From Oopsacas minuta (taxonomy: Eukaryota; Animalia; Porifera): a stretch of DNA of 64,000 nt. The stretch spans positions 1-64,000 of the forward strand of contig JAKMXF010000024.1 of the NCBI GenBank assembly GCA_024704765.1, in the 5' to 3' direction. Position numbers and translations under genes: made by a program. Below are positions 50,801 to 63,700 of this stretch, one piece after another (within the stretch, counting starts at the first letter, position 1; the number at the start of each line of letters is the position of its first letter). The notes below the pieces were generated by a model. The model was not told the origin of the DNA and did no database searches. It saw nothing but the letters and a program-made list of their open reading frames with translations.

Positions 50801-53800
50801 GAGTGTTTGATAATCATTATACTGTATGTGTAGCTCTTCAACAGATTTTGTTTGTAAGAACGCTGCAGTAGGAAATCCTCGATTCTCAGACAAACTCAAA
50901 TAGGTCAAAGCAATTAGACCAACAAAAACGTTCCTCGAAGCAGACCTAATTTTATTATTTGCTAGAGAGAGTTGTAGCATATTTGGCATTTCTGTGAAGA
51001 CGCCATCTTCAATGAATCTTATTTTGTTCGAGCCCAAGTTTAAATAAGTCAACATTACCAAGTTTCTAAATGCATCTTTAGTTATACCATTGAAATACGA
51101 GGAGACAAGGTCTATAAACTTCAAGTTTGATAATCCACTGACAATTGTGCTATCGAATGTTTGTGAGTTTGGACCCGTTATCCTAGCGGAAAGATAAGTC
51201 AGATAATGAAGATTTGTGAACGATGGTGCCGTTTTTGATTCAAGATAACTAATGTATATACTCTGGAGGCCTGTATAGTTATTAAAGAAGTTATACGACT
51301 CAAGTTCAACACGATAGCTACAATATATCCTAGTTAAGCCGGTATTTTGACTAGATGTAGTTAAACGCATGTTCTCTGAATCTCTGCTATTGTACAAGTA
51401 CAGCAGTTGTATATTATAAGGTAGATCTAGGTCTATAGTAAATTCTCCGTATGTCGTCGAGTAGTAGTTTTTATATATATACATAGTTCTAAGTGTAGAT
51501 CTCTGGCTGCCGCAACTATACACCAGTGCTTTCATCAATTGAGTGTCATTATTGGAGATGTAACACCTCATATAGGAATAATAATCATTACAATATCCTG
51601 CTCCATTTCCGCAACTCGAATCGACAACCACAACATAATAATACATACATATTACCAAACCTAGCAACAAGCATATATTCCCGATATTCTTCATGTCAAA
51701 ATAAAATTCAATTACCTTTTGTTCAGCAAATTGATAGCAATGAGTTGATGAAATAATTGTAATACGTATTCTTATATGATAAAAATCTGTTTTTATTCAT
51801 TTCACGATAAACGTAGTGTGGACTGATACTGATATCTTGTTGTAGTCAACTTGCGTGGGGGCGAATGTAGGTTGATAATTTGTAGTACAATTTATTATCA
51901 AAAAATTCATTATCACTTTATTGATGATTTAATCACAACCGATATCACATATTTTTAGTGTAACTCTTGTTGGGAGATGACCTCGAGCTGCACTCCCAGT
52001 CTATTGGCTACATAACTAGAAATTTTTTAATTTAACACAATATTATAATTCAAGAAAAGTTATAGAATTCCTCACTTTAAGAGGCTAATGTCAAGGATGT
52101 ATATATTGTTAATCTTATCAGTAGACCCTTGCTAATCCGAACAGGGCCAACCTTTGGCAGCCTTTTCAACGTATTTCGCTAATCCTAACGATTTATTTTA
52201 CATTGCGACAGTGCTGTTCGGAATTAGCGATGGTGTACTGTATCGCCACTCCCCATAACTGAAATATATATTATTAGAATGATGGATAATCAATGATTCT
52301 AATTTTGTAGGTTCCGCAAGGTAAAACTCAAACTCTCTCTTCTTCCTAAAAAGTATTTGAAATCTACATTCGGATTAACGCCCAAACAGATTCTCTCTTA
52401 CGTAGAAACTAAGTTTATTCGTATATTACTAACTACCATAACTAGAATGGTTAAAAATCAGCATGATACCCTCTCGAAAGTTAAAGTTGATAAGATTATT
52501 GATGAGAACAAGGAGCACACTCTCAAGGGAGGAGAAGATGATGAGGATGAGGATGGTACCAGAAATAAAAGTGAGTATTTATATAAACAGAAGTAGGTTG
52601 ATATATTTTAATACGTGTATTGCGATATTTGTCAGAAAACTGGTATTCATTGAGGTTTATGGAAGACATCACGTTTTGAGGCCGTTTCAAAATTGTAATC
52701 GAGGTTTCTTATTTATTCGTCGATCTAATGGATCTTTCCCATGGTAGTCAATCATAGCTGTTAGGGAAACACGAAATTTATACATCTAAATGAGCATACT
52801 TTCCTTGAATAATAGCACGTCCCTTTTACTTTCATAAGTCGCTTCACTTTTCAAAGAAAATTAATTTGGATGTGGGCTATAAGTACAACGGATATATGAA
52901 CATGCCGGATCTAAGCACCATCCTCTGGAAAACGGTTCTCATATACTCTTGCATATTTATTTTGCCGATTTTAGGAATATATAAGCTACTCCTAAGAAGG
53001 TTCTTAATTTCTTATAACCGGCATCTTCTGTATTACTTTCTATATTATCATATGTTATATATGTATTATTCGTTTAGATGAAAAGCTTCACGACAACATC
53101 CTAGAACAATTAGACTCAACAGATTCAGGAGGTGAGCTAGAAGCAATTGATACAGAAGCTGGTAAGAAGACTGGAGAACAACGTCAGTATGTAAAGTATG
53201 ATGACGACGATGATGATGATGATGATAATGATGTAGCTGATGAGAATGATAGTCAGAGTAGAAGTGATGGAGAAAATGAGCAGGATAAGAAACAAAATGG
53301 TAATTTTCTGATCTTGAAAGAAACATTAATTTACAAAATGGCACAGCACATACGTAGTATATTATTAATTAATAGGAAAACACTAAATACCATGAACAAT
53401 GAAATGTGTCCTGTCAAGCCAAAACCAATGTGTTAGGAGTATACTTATACTTCATTGCATTGGTGCAACTAGGCTCATGCGTCTGGGTGGGCAGTGGGCA
53501 CTCAAATTCCAGGTAGGCACGTGCCCACCCATAATGACCCTAGTTGCGCCTATTTTCATTGTATTACTTAAGTAGACGATGAAAATGCAGCAACAATGGA
53601 CATGACAGAGCATTTAGAAGACAACATATTAACCTCCCCTACACAACAAGAACAAACTACTTCTACACAAACTGAGCGTGCTAAGAAGGTTCTTGGAACC
53701 TTCCCACAGGTTAAACAGTACACATATGATCAAGAGAAATACAGATGGTGTGAGATTACATTCTCACTGTCTCTATCCACCTGTTTCATAAGAATAGCTC

Positions 53801-54324
53801 CCGTGCTTACTAACTTAGTAACACGCTGTGTTGTACGTCAAGCTGATGGAATTAAACGTGCTTTTATTAAGGAAGAAAACGGAAAAATATCCATTACAAC
53901 GGATGGAGCTAATATTAAAGAGCTATGGCAATACCATGATAAACTGGATATGAATAGATTGTATACAAACGATATTATGCTGATAGCTAATACTTATGGT
54001 ATAGAAGCAGCTACCAAGGCAATTTCTAGAGAATTAAGCTCTATATTCAAAATGTATGGGATTAATATTGATCCACGTCATCTCAGTTTAATTGCTGATT
54101 ATCAGACTGTAGACGGACGTTTCCGTGGTTGCAATAGGATTTCAATGGAATGCAATACGTCACCATTCCAACAGATGTCTTTTGAAACTCCGATGAAGTT
54201 TCTGAAAGATTCTGCTATAGGCCGTATGACTGAGTTTATGGACTCTCCATCAGCTAATATCATGTCTGGACAGTTGGTAAAATCAGGAACAGGTTGTTTC
54301 GACCTTATTCAGAAATTGTTTTAG
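44822..54324 (+). CDS. POLR1A: DNA-directed RNA polymerase I largest subunit (RPA1), 5 exons, ~1712 aa
   Basis: Exons 44822-48287, 48680-49121, 52311-52570, 53078-53299 and 53576-54324; phase-consistent (5139 nt). Motifs [28 protein letters not shown], catalytic [28 protein letters not shown] and [11 protein letters not shown], plus the Pol I-type acidic insertion. Confidence 0.95.
49712..51694 (-). CDS. Type I membrane protein with LRRs, LRRCT, three calcium-binding EGF repeats, TM and a Tyr-containing tail (660 aa), intronless, nested antisense in POLR1A intron 2
   Basis: Signal peptide; LRRs ([21 protein letters not shown]); [16 protein letters not shown]; cbEGF repeats DINEC...C.NT.GSY.C; TM helix IIPTAILMG...IFIYFV. 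Confidence 0.9.
   Translation of the reverse strand: MKNIGNICLLLGLVICMYYYVVVVDSSCGNGAGYCNDYYSYMRCYISNNDTQLMKALVYSCGSQRSTLRTMYIYKNYYSTTYGEFTIDLDLPYNIQLLYLYNSRDSENMRLTTSSQNTGLTRIYCSYRVELESYNFFNNYTGLQSIYISYLESKTAPSFTNLHYLTYLSARITGPNSQTFDSTIVSGLSNLKFIDLVSSYFNGITKDAFRNLVMLTYLNLGSNKIRFIEDGVFTEMPNMLQLSLANNKIRSASRNVFVGLIALTYLSLSENRGFPTAAFLQTKSVEELHIQYNDYQTLDSIIFQQMNSLINLYVDNPLTCDCNLEWVSRVSQFGIGIYYGECFEPYNVFHEDITNPQLYVNCSQSESLQCFDKSNTCPINQICQNTEDSYFCDCPIGYELNAIIQCGDINECEEVTNCTQACENTDGSYYCVCDVGYELASNGYDCDDINECQEWNGGCEFGCRNTIGSYQCYCQNGHELHNETHCEEGVECELMGESCINLLESNYLCKGGFNLSISNYSCPNVNSQGNLQLNQTSPCIPIQTESQWIIPTAILMGISLVANVILIFVIIIIFIYFVRKDSKMLKLLKAEQTQGANFYRNDNNESFYNCVDELRNLDEVKETDTPEYGAMRNDNNNNPDLLAEDYPGNMQDENVRYQMS
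52119..52240. mobile_element. Tc1/pogo-type MITE (POLR1A intron 2)
   Basis: TIRs CAGTAGACCCTTGCTAATCCGAACAG ... CTGTTCGGAATTAGCGATGGTGTACTG followed by TA. Confidence 0.7.
53458..53554. mobile_element. hAT-like MITE (POLR1A intron 4)
   Basis: TIR core GGTGCAACTAGG ... CCTAGTTGCGCC, internal palindrome GGGTGGGCA/TGCCCACCC, and TTCATTG duplicated on both flanks. Confidence 0.7.
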
Positions 54325-54609
54325 TATGATTTTCATCAAATCTCTAGCAAATCTTAATTTCGATATTGAATAAATTACTCATACTTATAGTGCCCTTTGA
54401 AGAGAGATTGGTCACTTGCCTATTGATTTGTGCTCAGTCCATAGCGACAATGAAAATAATGTAAGTACACTGGGGTGTGCTAGTGTCATTTTTCGATTTC
54501 CCAGGATCGCGGACATACGGACGTACCATATCTTCAATGGAATTAGAATTTGAACAGCACTAATATTCGGTTTACTATACACTTTGGCCATATTAAGTAA
54601 ACTTATCAC

Positions 54610-54721
54610 CAGACCTGGGGTTGATTACTGGTGAGTGATTATGATTATGATTATGATTACAGGAAAAGTTGTAATTGATTACAATTGATTACGATTGTAA
54701 TCATAATCAACCCCAGGCCTG
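54610..54721. mobile_element. hAT MITE with internal GATTAY repeats, between POLR1A and DHX9
   Basis: TIRs CAGACCTGGGGTTGATTA ... TAATCAACCCCAGGCCTG and a perfect 8-bp TSD CTTATCAC (54602-54609 and 54722-54729). Confidence 0.9.
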
Positions 54722-54782
54722 CTTATCACATTATTATCATTATCATAAAAATACTTAACAGATTTAATTCTTATACTAGATA

Positions 54783-57700
54783 ATGCTACGTGATGCAAAG
54801 GCATTTCTGAAAAGCTTTAACGATAGGCGCAAGACATCAGGTGCTGAGTATACTGTAGAGAATGAGACAGGTGATTATTCAAACCAAAACTATTTCTACT
54901 GTGAGTGTAGGATACCCGGTTTTGAGAATATCGGAGTAGGAGAGTCTCACTTAAAAAGATTCGCTGAACACCGCGCGGCTAAACACCTCTGCCAACAACT
55001 GAGAGATATGGGACTAGTGGATGAAGATGTCAGTATACAAATAGGACTAGATGATCCCGACCCTCCTTCTGAAGAGGAGACTGTTGTATACACAGGAATA
55101 GTAGCTCCACAGATTACAGTAGAAGAGAGGAAGGTAATATTTAGTGGACCATTTATATATGTATGGACTATACGGAGGAAGATGTCTGTTTTAGAGTATC
55201 CACAGTGATACTGCTTTGTTTAGAGATTTTTCTGTTTTTATACTCAACTTTTACGTACGCATATCCTGTAGTGTTCGACCATTAATCATTCGCCAAATAG
55301 TAACTTTTTCAAAGACTGTGAGTCTCATCTCCCATGTTTGGAAATAATTCTTCCACTAGCAACAGTAGCGAGTTTGCGTATTAGCAAGGGAAATTCGTGA
55401 AAATACGACTTGGTAAATGCGAACTCTACGGTATACAGATATATTAGAAATACCTGCTGGTATCAAAGTAGGAAAAATGATCCCAAACAAATTTAAATTG
55501 CAATTCCTTCACTTAACATCGAAGTAAATATCTTGGTTCTTGGGATCTATTAGAGACACAATTATTGTTAAGAAATTACGGTGCATGCATATAATTGTGT
55601 TTCAAATATATTATGTAATTCTATAGAGGCCTGCTCCTCCCTCACAGTCTGAAGTGTACGGAGCTGGAGGATGGAGCTTAATTAACGCTAAATCTCGTCT
55701 CAATCTATACATGCAGCAAACCAAACAGACCAAAGAGATGAACATATATGCAGTAGGGCCTGACCACCACAAGTCATTTATAGGTGAAATATCACTTTAT
55801 GTTCCTTCTTGCAGGAACTACATCACGATCAAGGTTAGTACAATATTTTAATATATGGTGTGTATACTGTAGCAGCCATAACGTGTATAGAATTGTATGA
55901 AATGCAACTTCAAAACAATTTTTGGCCGATCTGGAATTTTATAATTTTTGCATTGTAGTTCTGTATCCCATTCTGGAATTTGAAATTTCCATTCTGTTTT
56001 ATTTCAGAATAGCCACAATAATTACACTGAATGAGTATTAATTACATGAAATATTATGAGTTGATTAATATACAAGTACAAATACATTACTGTATTGCCT
56101 CAGGAGGCCACCCGAGCAGTTTGTTTAGTCCTCCCTTTCCTTTAGCTGGCTTCCCGTATCTCATTTCTAGCTCATAAGTAGGCAACTCTTTCATTTTATA
56201 TGCCATTTTGCCTGAAGTTGTTTCTGGATATTTCCTTTCTGTATTTTTATCAATTTTATCTGCTTCGCCCGTTTTCCCTGATTCGTGATTTTTCTCATCT
56301 TCTTTCTGAGCTCTAAGGAACCCCCAATCATTATCCCATTGCTTCTGGGATTTTAACTCTAGCTTAACGTGATCTCTCCATATCTTGTCTTGATTTACAA
56401 AGTTGCATTTGAGGATTGTGCTTTTCGAACTCATATTGACAGCATTCTGTCATACGATTTCATTCTTATACTTGTAATTTTGATTGTTTATTTGCTATGA
56501 CCTGACAGGTATTATCATCAATTATCAGTTGGTAAGAGGATAGTTAAGTAATTTGATTAATTATATTCAAACAAAAAATAGCTAGTCTATAGCCTAGACA
56601 GTTAGGATTAAAATTTGGAATTGGATTAAGTGGATATTGAAATCATTGGATTAGTTGGAATACTTGGATACACTCCTGGATATCTTATATTATCTCGGGA
56701 TTTACATCTCATCCGAGGGGAATTTTTAATGCTGGGAAATTTCTATTTTTAGTTTATTATTATTTTTAATTGTTTGAAATTAGTTATTCATTAAATATTT
56801 TGACTTTTTCATTCTTAGTCTTACCTGAGAATTCTAATAATATTCCATTTTCTTTACTCCTGTACGGATGCAGACATCCTGTGTGTATAGTTCTGGACTC
56901 GAATTTAACTCTAAATCCTGTCACAGTAATATGTATATTTAATATTTATTCATCAGGAACATGGGAGCACTAAGAAAGTAGCTAGTAACACCTGTGCTCT
57001 ATCTGCCCTCTCTAAGCTGTACATGATGGGAGCTATTGAGGAGTTTCAGAGTAAAGAAGAAAAGAAATTAGCTCTGTCTAGAGAGATGCCGGAGTTAACG
57101 ATTCCTCAAGAGTTAGTTGAACGAGCTGAAGTAATGTTAGCAGGTTAGATAAATTGATATTTGATATTGGTAAAGAGATGCAAATCAAAACGTTCAATAT
57201 ATATCCCTTGACTTTATGCACATATCCCACCTCTCTGGCAATTTTTCTATATCAGTGGAAATAATACTGGAGGTGTCACTTTTCACACTGTTCCACTTAG
57301 TACTTGAGACTCTAAATCTCTAATTACGCAAGGGCCTCTTCATTTCCCCAACAAACTGAGGCCATCCTCTTACACCCGTGTACTTGTTTCCTTGGTGGGA
57401 GCACGTTCATTCATCACTGCTCTTCCATTGTTCTCTGGTTCGTAATGAAACCACGATTCGTCTTTCAAGATACGATCCAAAAGTTTGCATTCAAGAAATA
57501 CGGTGGAACTCAGACAATACGTACCCTTTCGTGAAACAAATTCTTATACTTACTACAGCTTATCCAAATAGGAATTGTATATGAAGTAGTGTGTATTTAT
57601 AGAGTGTACGTCTTATCTGAGTTCCACTGTAGACATGTTGGATACTGAAGGTCCAGTCCCTGGCGTTTGTAGTCATCATCAATATTCTAGTTTTGGACGC

Positions 57701-60700
57701 ATGGTTTCTGCTATCAATTGGAGTTTTTGGTCGGCATTGTGATTGGAAAACTTTCAGCTCGCCCTCGACGCAACGTTGTTCTTGGTATCGGACTCCGAAT
57801 ACATAGCACTGAGCATGAACATTGATATTCTTATTGCTGATGTGAATATTCTCTGCTGCGTCCATTCAAAAGTATAAGAATAATTAATTATTAAGGACTT
57901 GCAGCTGTTAATCTAAAGATTACATTGACACTCACTATTCCCATTGGATGACGTCACAGAATACTTAGACTTTATCCGCAGTTTACTCACCAAGTTTCTA
58001 AATTGATTACAATACCATCGTCTCCACTTAATTGGGAGATACTATCTGTCCCAATTAAGTAGAATTTTCTTCTCTGAATGAAATTTGTATTTCTCGTTGG
58101 GTGATCTAAATTCCTTCTTTCACAGAATAGACGTTTAGTATTTATAGCATTCCTGAATATTCCCTTTCTTTCCAGCAGTTACCATCATTTGTATAGATTC
58201 TATTATAATTGGAACATCCACCCATACCTATCAGTCTCCCTCTAGAGATGCAGATTGGCTCCTGAATACAATTCATGTCTCTGTTACAGATCTTTACTTT
58301 AATGTTAGTTATCATTTATCTACCCTGAGGTCTTGCTATCTCATTTTGTTTCAAACAGTTATTCCTCTTTATTTACGCGGTTTACTTGTCCAACCATCAT
58401 TTAATTGAAGTAACATATTCTCGCCTGATATACAGGAAAATCTTATATAGTTAAAATCTTCCAGATTGTTAATAAAATCAAACATACGAATTATTATTGT
58501 GAATATTATGACATATTTCTCCTACAATAATCCAGAGAGAGTACTGCTAGGATGCTGAATATCTCAATTAGTATGTATATGTAACTCTCTAGTATATAGC
58601 TCTGTCCACCCTTGGAAACTATTTGACTCCCTGTTAGGATTTGCCCAAATATTTCTCAGATTCGTTACAACTATGGTTATAACAGTATATTGTACTTCTC
58701 CTTTAGAGAGAGGTATCCAGTTGGTAGAAGAATCTCCAGATGAACCTATTTCTGTTATAACAGAGAAACCTCAGACCGGAGTATTTCCTACATCTCAGAG
58801 CGAAGTGAGTAACTAATTACTTAATCAGTTAACATCCCGTAACTCCACACCCTTAAAATCTGTTCGAATAATCGAATATTCGAGTTAACGGATGCGATAA
58901 GTACTAAAAGTACAACGAAGGAAGTGAATATTCGTTCGAGATACGAATGTTCGAGTTAACCGAGTTAGCGGATGTTGACTGTAATTTATATCCAATCAGA
59001 TATTTTAATGAAGTAGGAATAAAGGGCTTATGATTATTTAGGACTAAATTTACATATGTTAATATATTTTAGCTAAATTTAGAATCTATTACAGTTTAGT
59101 TCATAACTTCGTAATCAATTGTATTCCTTTTTCGCAAAAATATTTGTTTATCGTATTCGTGTGCGTGTGTATAGGTAATCCAATGGGCAGAACCTCACAT
59201 TGACTGGAACCCTTGGACAGGTCGTTCCACCACCGTTCAACTACACCTCGGGCATTCTAATGAGGAGAGAGATCATCTTGAGAATCAACGTCTCTTAGAA
59301 GAATACAGGATGTCTAGTGACTCAGCTTCAGGGAAAGCAAGATTACAAAGCAGGCAACAGTTGACTATTTCATCTAGAAGAGATGATATATTGCGATTAG
59401 TAGAACAGAATCAGGTATATATTCGCTTTTGTAACTGTTTCGTGATATTCGCGAAAATTTGCCAAAGCCTCCTTTCTCGCGAAATCATTTGTATTTTTGG
59501 GTCTATTGGAAGACCGAAAAACATTCCATTATTTAATGGTCGAATCATTACTTGATTTCTTTCTTGAAAAACTGTTTTCTTTTTACGATTTAAATTATAT
59601 GTCAAAGCTTCACTGTAGATATAGGATATTACGTATATCTGTTTGCATTTCGCATTCTATTATTTACAGGTTGTATTGATTCGCGGAGACACCGGCTCAG
59701 GCAAGACAACACAAGTACCTCAGTTCATTCTAGACAGCTACATAGAGAAGGGGTGTGGTTCTAAATGCAATATACTTGTCACACAGCCTAGACGTATATC
59801 TGCTATAGCAGTTAGTGAAAGAGTAGCTGCAGAGAGAGGAGAACAATTGGGTATATCTGTCGGATACAGTGTTAGATTTGATAATGAATTACCGAGACAG
59901 CTGGGTTCTATACTATACTGTACTACAGGGATTCTGTGTAGGAAGTTGGAATTAGGTTAGTGCTAACTGCTAGTAAAGATATTTTAGATGTAATTACAGT
60001 AGAACTCGGATTATGCGCTCTACTTTTTCAAACCAAAAATTTACTTCTCATTCATTTTAGGTACACTGTTAGTAAGTACTAGTTTTGTTTCCTGAAGAGA
60101 TACGTCTTATGTTTGCTGTAATTTTGTACGTATTTCCATGATAGCCGTTTCGCTCTATCGGAACATTTTTCAATAATATTTTCGTTTAACGTATATCAAT
60201 AATTGAACACGCTAAATATCAAAATTTTCTCATTACTTAGGTCTAAATGGCATTTCTCATCTAATTATGGATGAAGTACATGAACGTGATATCAATACAG
60301 ATTTTCTATTCGTTGCGATCCGTGATATGATGCGAACATATCCAAGCTTCCATGTTGTAATAATGTCTGCTACTGTTGATACTACAATATTCTCTAATTT
60401 CTTCTTCAACTGTCCTGTTGTTGAAGTTTTGGGAAAGATGTTTCCAGTACAAGAATACTTTTTAGAGGATGCGATTGAGTTTCTAGAATTTCACCCTCCC
60501 CCATCTAAAATACCTCCAGCTGATGATGAATTCGTTGGAGACAGTAACAAGAATTTGGAATGTGATAGGCTTGTTTACAAAACATCAACTTGTTTGGCCA
60601 TGGCTAAAATGGTTGAGAGAGAGGTTAGTTAGTTATTAGGACACATTTCTAGGGTCATAATAAAATTAATTCTGTTCACCAATTATAAGAATTTTTAAGG

Positions 60701-63700
60701 TATTTAAGTTTGTTTCAAAGTAATACTGTTGAGTTAATTGAAATTACATCATATGCCTAAAAGGTTATGGAAAACTACCGTAGTAGAACTCGGATGAGAC
60801 CTATCCCCTTATTAGACCAAAATTATTACAGACCAACCGAGTTATACTGTATTTTAAATGACGAATACACGAAATTACTATAGAGCTACTTTATTTGTAA
60901 ACTGTCTACAACTCGCATATAAGGTAATACAAAATTTGTTCAATAACTTGAGGAATTGCTTTAATTATCGAAGAAAAAACCTTGCCATAAATAGACAGCC
61001 TACATATATGATTAGTCATTACTTATTATCCTATGAATTCTCTTAATCAATTCAAAATCATTATCTAGATTAGTTTTGAGCTCATCGAGAGTCTACTGGA
61101 CTATTTCTCAACTCTTAACCTAGAAGGATCAGTCCTTATCTTCCTACCTGGATGGAATCTCATATACGCATTGAGTCAATATTTAACAGAAAATCCTAAA
61201 TTTTCTCCTTCCAAATACCTAATACTACCTTTACATTCATCAGTACCAAGAGAAGATCAAGCAAAAATATTCCATCCAACTCTCCCGGGCGTAACAAAGG
61301 TTATAATAGCCACAAATATAGCAGAGACAAGTATTACAATTAATGACGTCGTATTTGTGATAGATTCAGCTAAAGCAAAGATCAAACACTTTACTTCTTA
61401 TAATAATATGACTCATTATATTACTGTTTGGGCTTCTAAGACTAATTTGGAGCAGAGGATGGGGAGAGCTGGGAGAGTACAAGCTGGATTCTGTTTCCAT
61501 CTATGTTCTAAAGCTAGATACGAGTGAGTTATCTTTATAAACTGTATTATCCGAAGTTATAGCTTAGTTGATCAAGGTTGTATTATACTTAGGAGGTATG
61601 GGGCATCCCCCTAACAGTAGATTAATCAGAAATTTTCCTTTATTCTCATGTATTTATAGTGCTCTCCCTCAACACATGATACCAGAGATATTGAGATCAC
61701 CTCTACTAGACATTGTGCTTAACATCAAACTGTTGATGCTAGGAGATATCAGCAACTATCTATCTCGTTGTATAGAGCCTCCAACTGATGTAGCTATACA
61801 GGAAGCTATATATCTTCTGAAGGTTAAGAATGCTCTTGATATGGAGGAGAATATTACGCCATTAGGCAGTATTGTAGCAAGGTAATTTTTGTTACAACTT
61901 CCACCAAGGGCAATCTGAAGTTTCCATTATTCATTGTGATAGGAAATGAGACGTTGAGACTGTATTTTGGCGTGACCGTTATTGCAGGTTTTTATTTACA
62001 GTCAATTCCCGTTTTATCGAAGCTCAAGGGACCGCGAAAATCACTTCGCGAAGTCCGATCTAGTCGATAAAATGTCTGCCGCTTTGACCCTATTTGTACA
62101 ATTTCAGACTTCGATATTTACCGAGTATTTCCATCTCTGTATGTTCGATTTAACGGGAGTTGAATATTGAAGACGACTCACCAATTTTATCTCCTCCAAC
62201 AATAATATCATTTCCTTATTCTATAGACTTCCTCTTGAACCAAGAATAGCCTACATGCTAATACTGAGTACTCTATTTGGAGAAGGAGATACCTTCACTA
62301 CAATAACTGCTGCTATGAGCTTTCAGGAACCTTACATTATAAAAGGCAAGCGTCTAATGTACAGACATAGAAACTTGGGTAAAGCTAAATTCAGTGATCA
62401 CATCTCATTGAATAATGTCTACCAGAATTGGTTAGTTCATAAAGAGCGTAGTAATGTGGACGCGGAAAATTTTTGTTACCAATTCCAATTGAATAAAAAC
62501 TCGTTAAATATGGTACATGATGCTAAACAACAGTTACAGAGGATTCTAATGGACCAGGGATTTCCTGAAGAGTGTTTTATGCGGAAACATTCAAAGTTCG
62601 TTGAACCAGAAAATGCTTTTGTGATAACAGCTTTGTTGTGTGTAGGGTTATACCCTAATGTAGCTGTTATTGAGGAGAAGAGAAAGGTAAGTTTTACAGG
62701 TGAAGTTAAAATTAATTAATATCTAGCATTCAATACAATTGAATCTAGTTTGTAGTGTAGTAGAGGTAATTTCTTCTTGACATAAGACGTACTTCAGTTA
62801 GTACGTGCTAATTTTTGTTTCTCGAGGGATATGTCTTATCTGAGTTATACTTTATGTTTTAAGGATATAAATTGTACTATTCTTATACCTGAAATCCACT
62901 GTAGTTATCAAATATATGATCATGTTTACGAGTAGAATATTTACTATATGTTTCAACTTCTAGCTTCGTCTCCCAGAAAAGAAGCATGCTCTCATCCACA
63001 AGACCTCTAACCTATGTCCAATGACACACAGTGAGGACATGTTGTACCCCTCTCCTTATGTCATATTCAGTGAGAAGTTACGTACAAAAACAGTATCAGC
63101 TAAACAGCTTACAATGGTAGAGCTAATACATTTAGCTTTATTCGGTTCAAATATCATTACAGCTTATGAATATATATCGACAATGGATTCCTGGATTGAT
63201 TTTGTGTTACCATTCAGACACGCGGCGATTATAGGAGGCATTAGAGAAGCTCTATCCGAACTATTAAGTCAAGTTGCTATCAATCCCCCTTCAGCATTAT
63301 TGATGCAACCTAGTGATGTAGAGCTAATTGACTTGATAACAGAACTTACTAAATTAGAAACTTATCCAGATAAACATGAATTTAGACTACATAATACTGG
63401 CGGTTTTTCACAAAGTGGACGATATCATAGACGTGGTAACAGGTATCCCTCTGCTTCTTCATACCCCCAACAATCCTACGTACCTCAACAACCAGCACCT
63501 ACTCACCCAGGGTATAACTACCAGTCTGTAACATCACCTATAAGCTACATGGATACAGGAGATTATCAGGGTGGGTATACTGAGCAAGCTGAATGGAACC
63601 CTAGTCCTAGAGGGAGATTCCAACATAGAGGAGGGTATAGAGGTCACAGGAGACAAAGGTCAAGGTTCAATCGAGGTGGTAGGCAACCTTTTAGGTCTGG

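Noticed and set aside
53200-53245. (GAT)n tandem repeat
   Set aside because: Encodes the acidic poly-Asp stretch of POLR1A exon 4.
57560-57865. 101-aa minus-strand ORF in DHX9 intron 3 as another nested gene
   Set aside because: It is a chimera of decayed mariner sequence and the inserted MITE.
58026-58060. 12-bp-arm hairpin ACTTAATTGGGA...TCCCAATTAAGT
   Set aside because: Too short for a pre-miRNA; it resembles subterminal palindromes of pogo-type MITEs.
28659-62963. Introner hypothesis (whole introns created by transposons)
   Set aside because: The MITE TIRs and TSDs lie inside the introns, not at the splice boundaries. AG|GT repeats at some junctions are ordinary proto-splice context. 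Intron-position comparison with other species is still needed.
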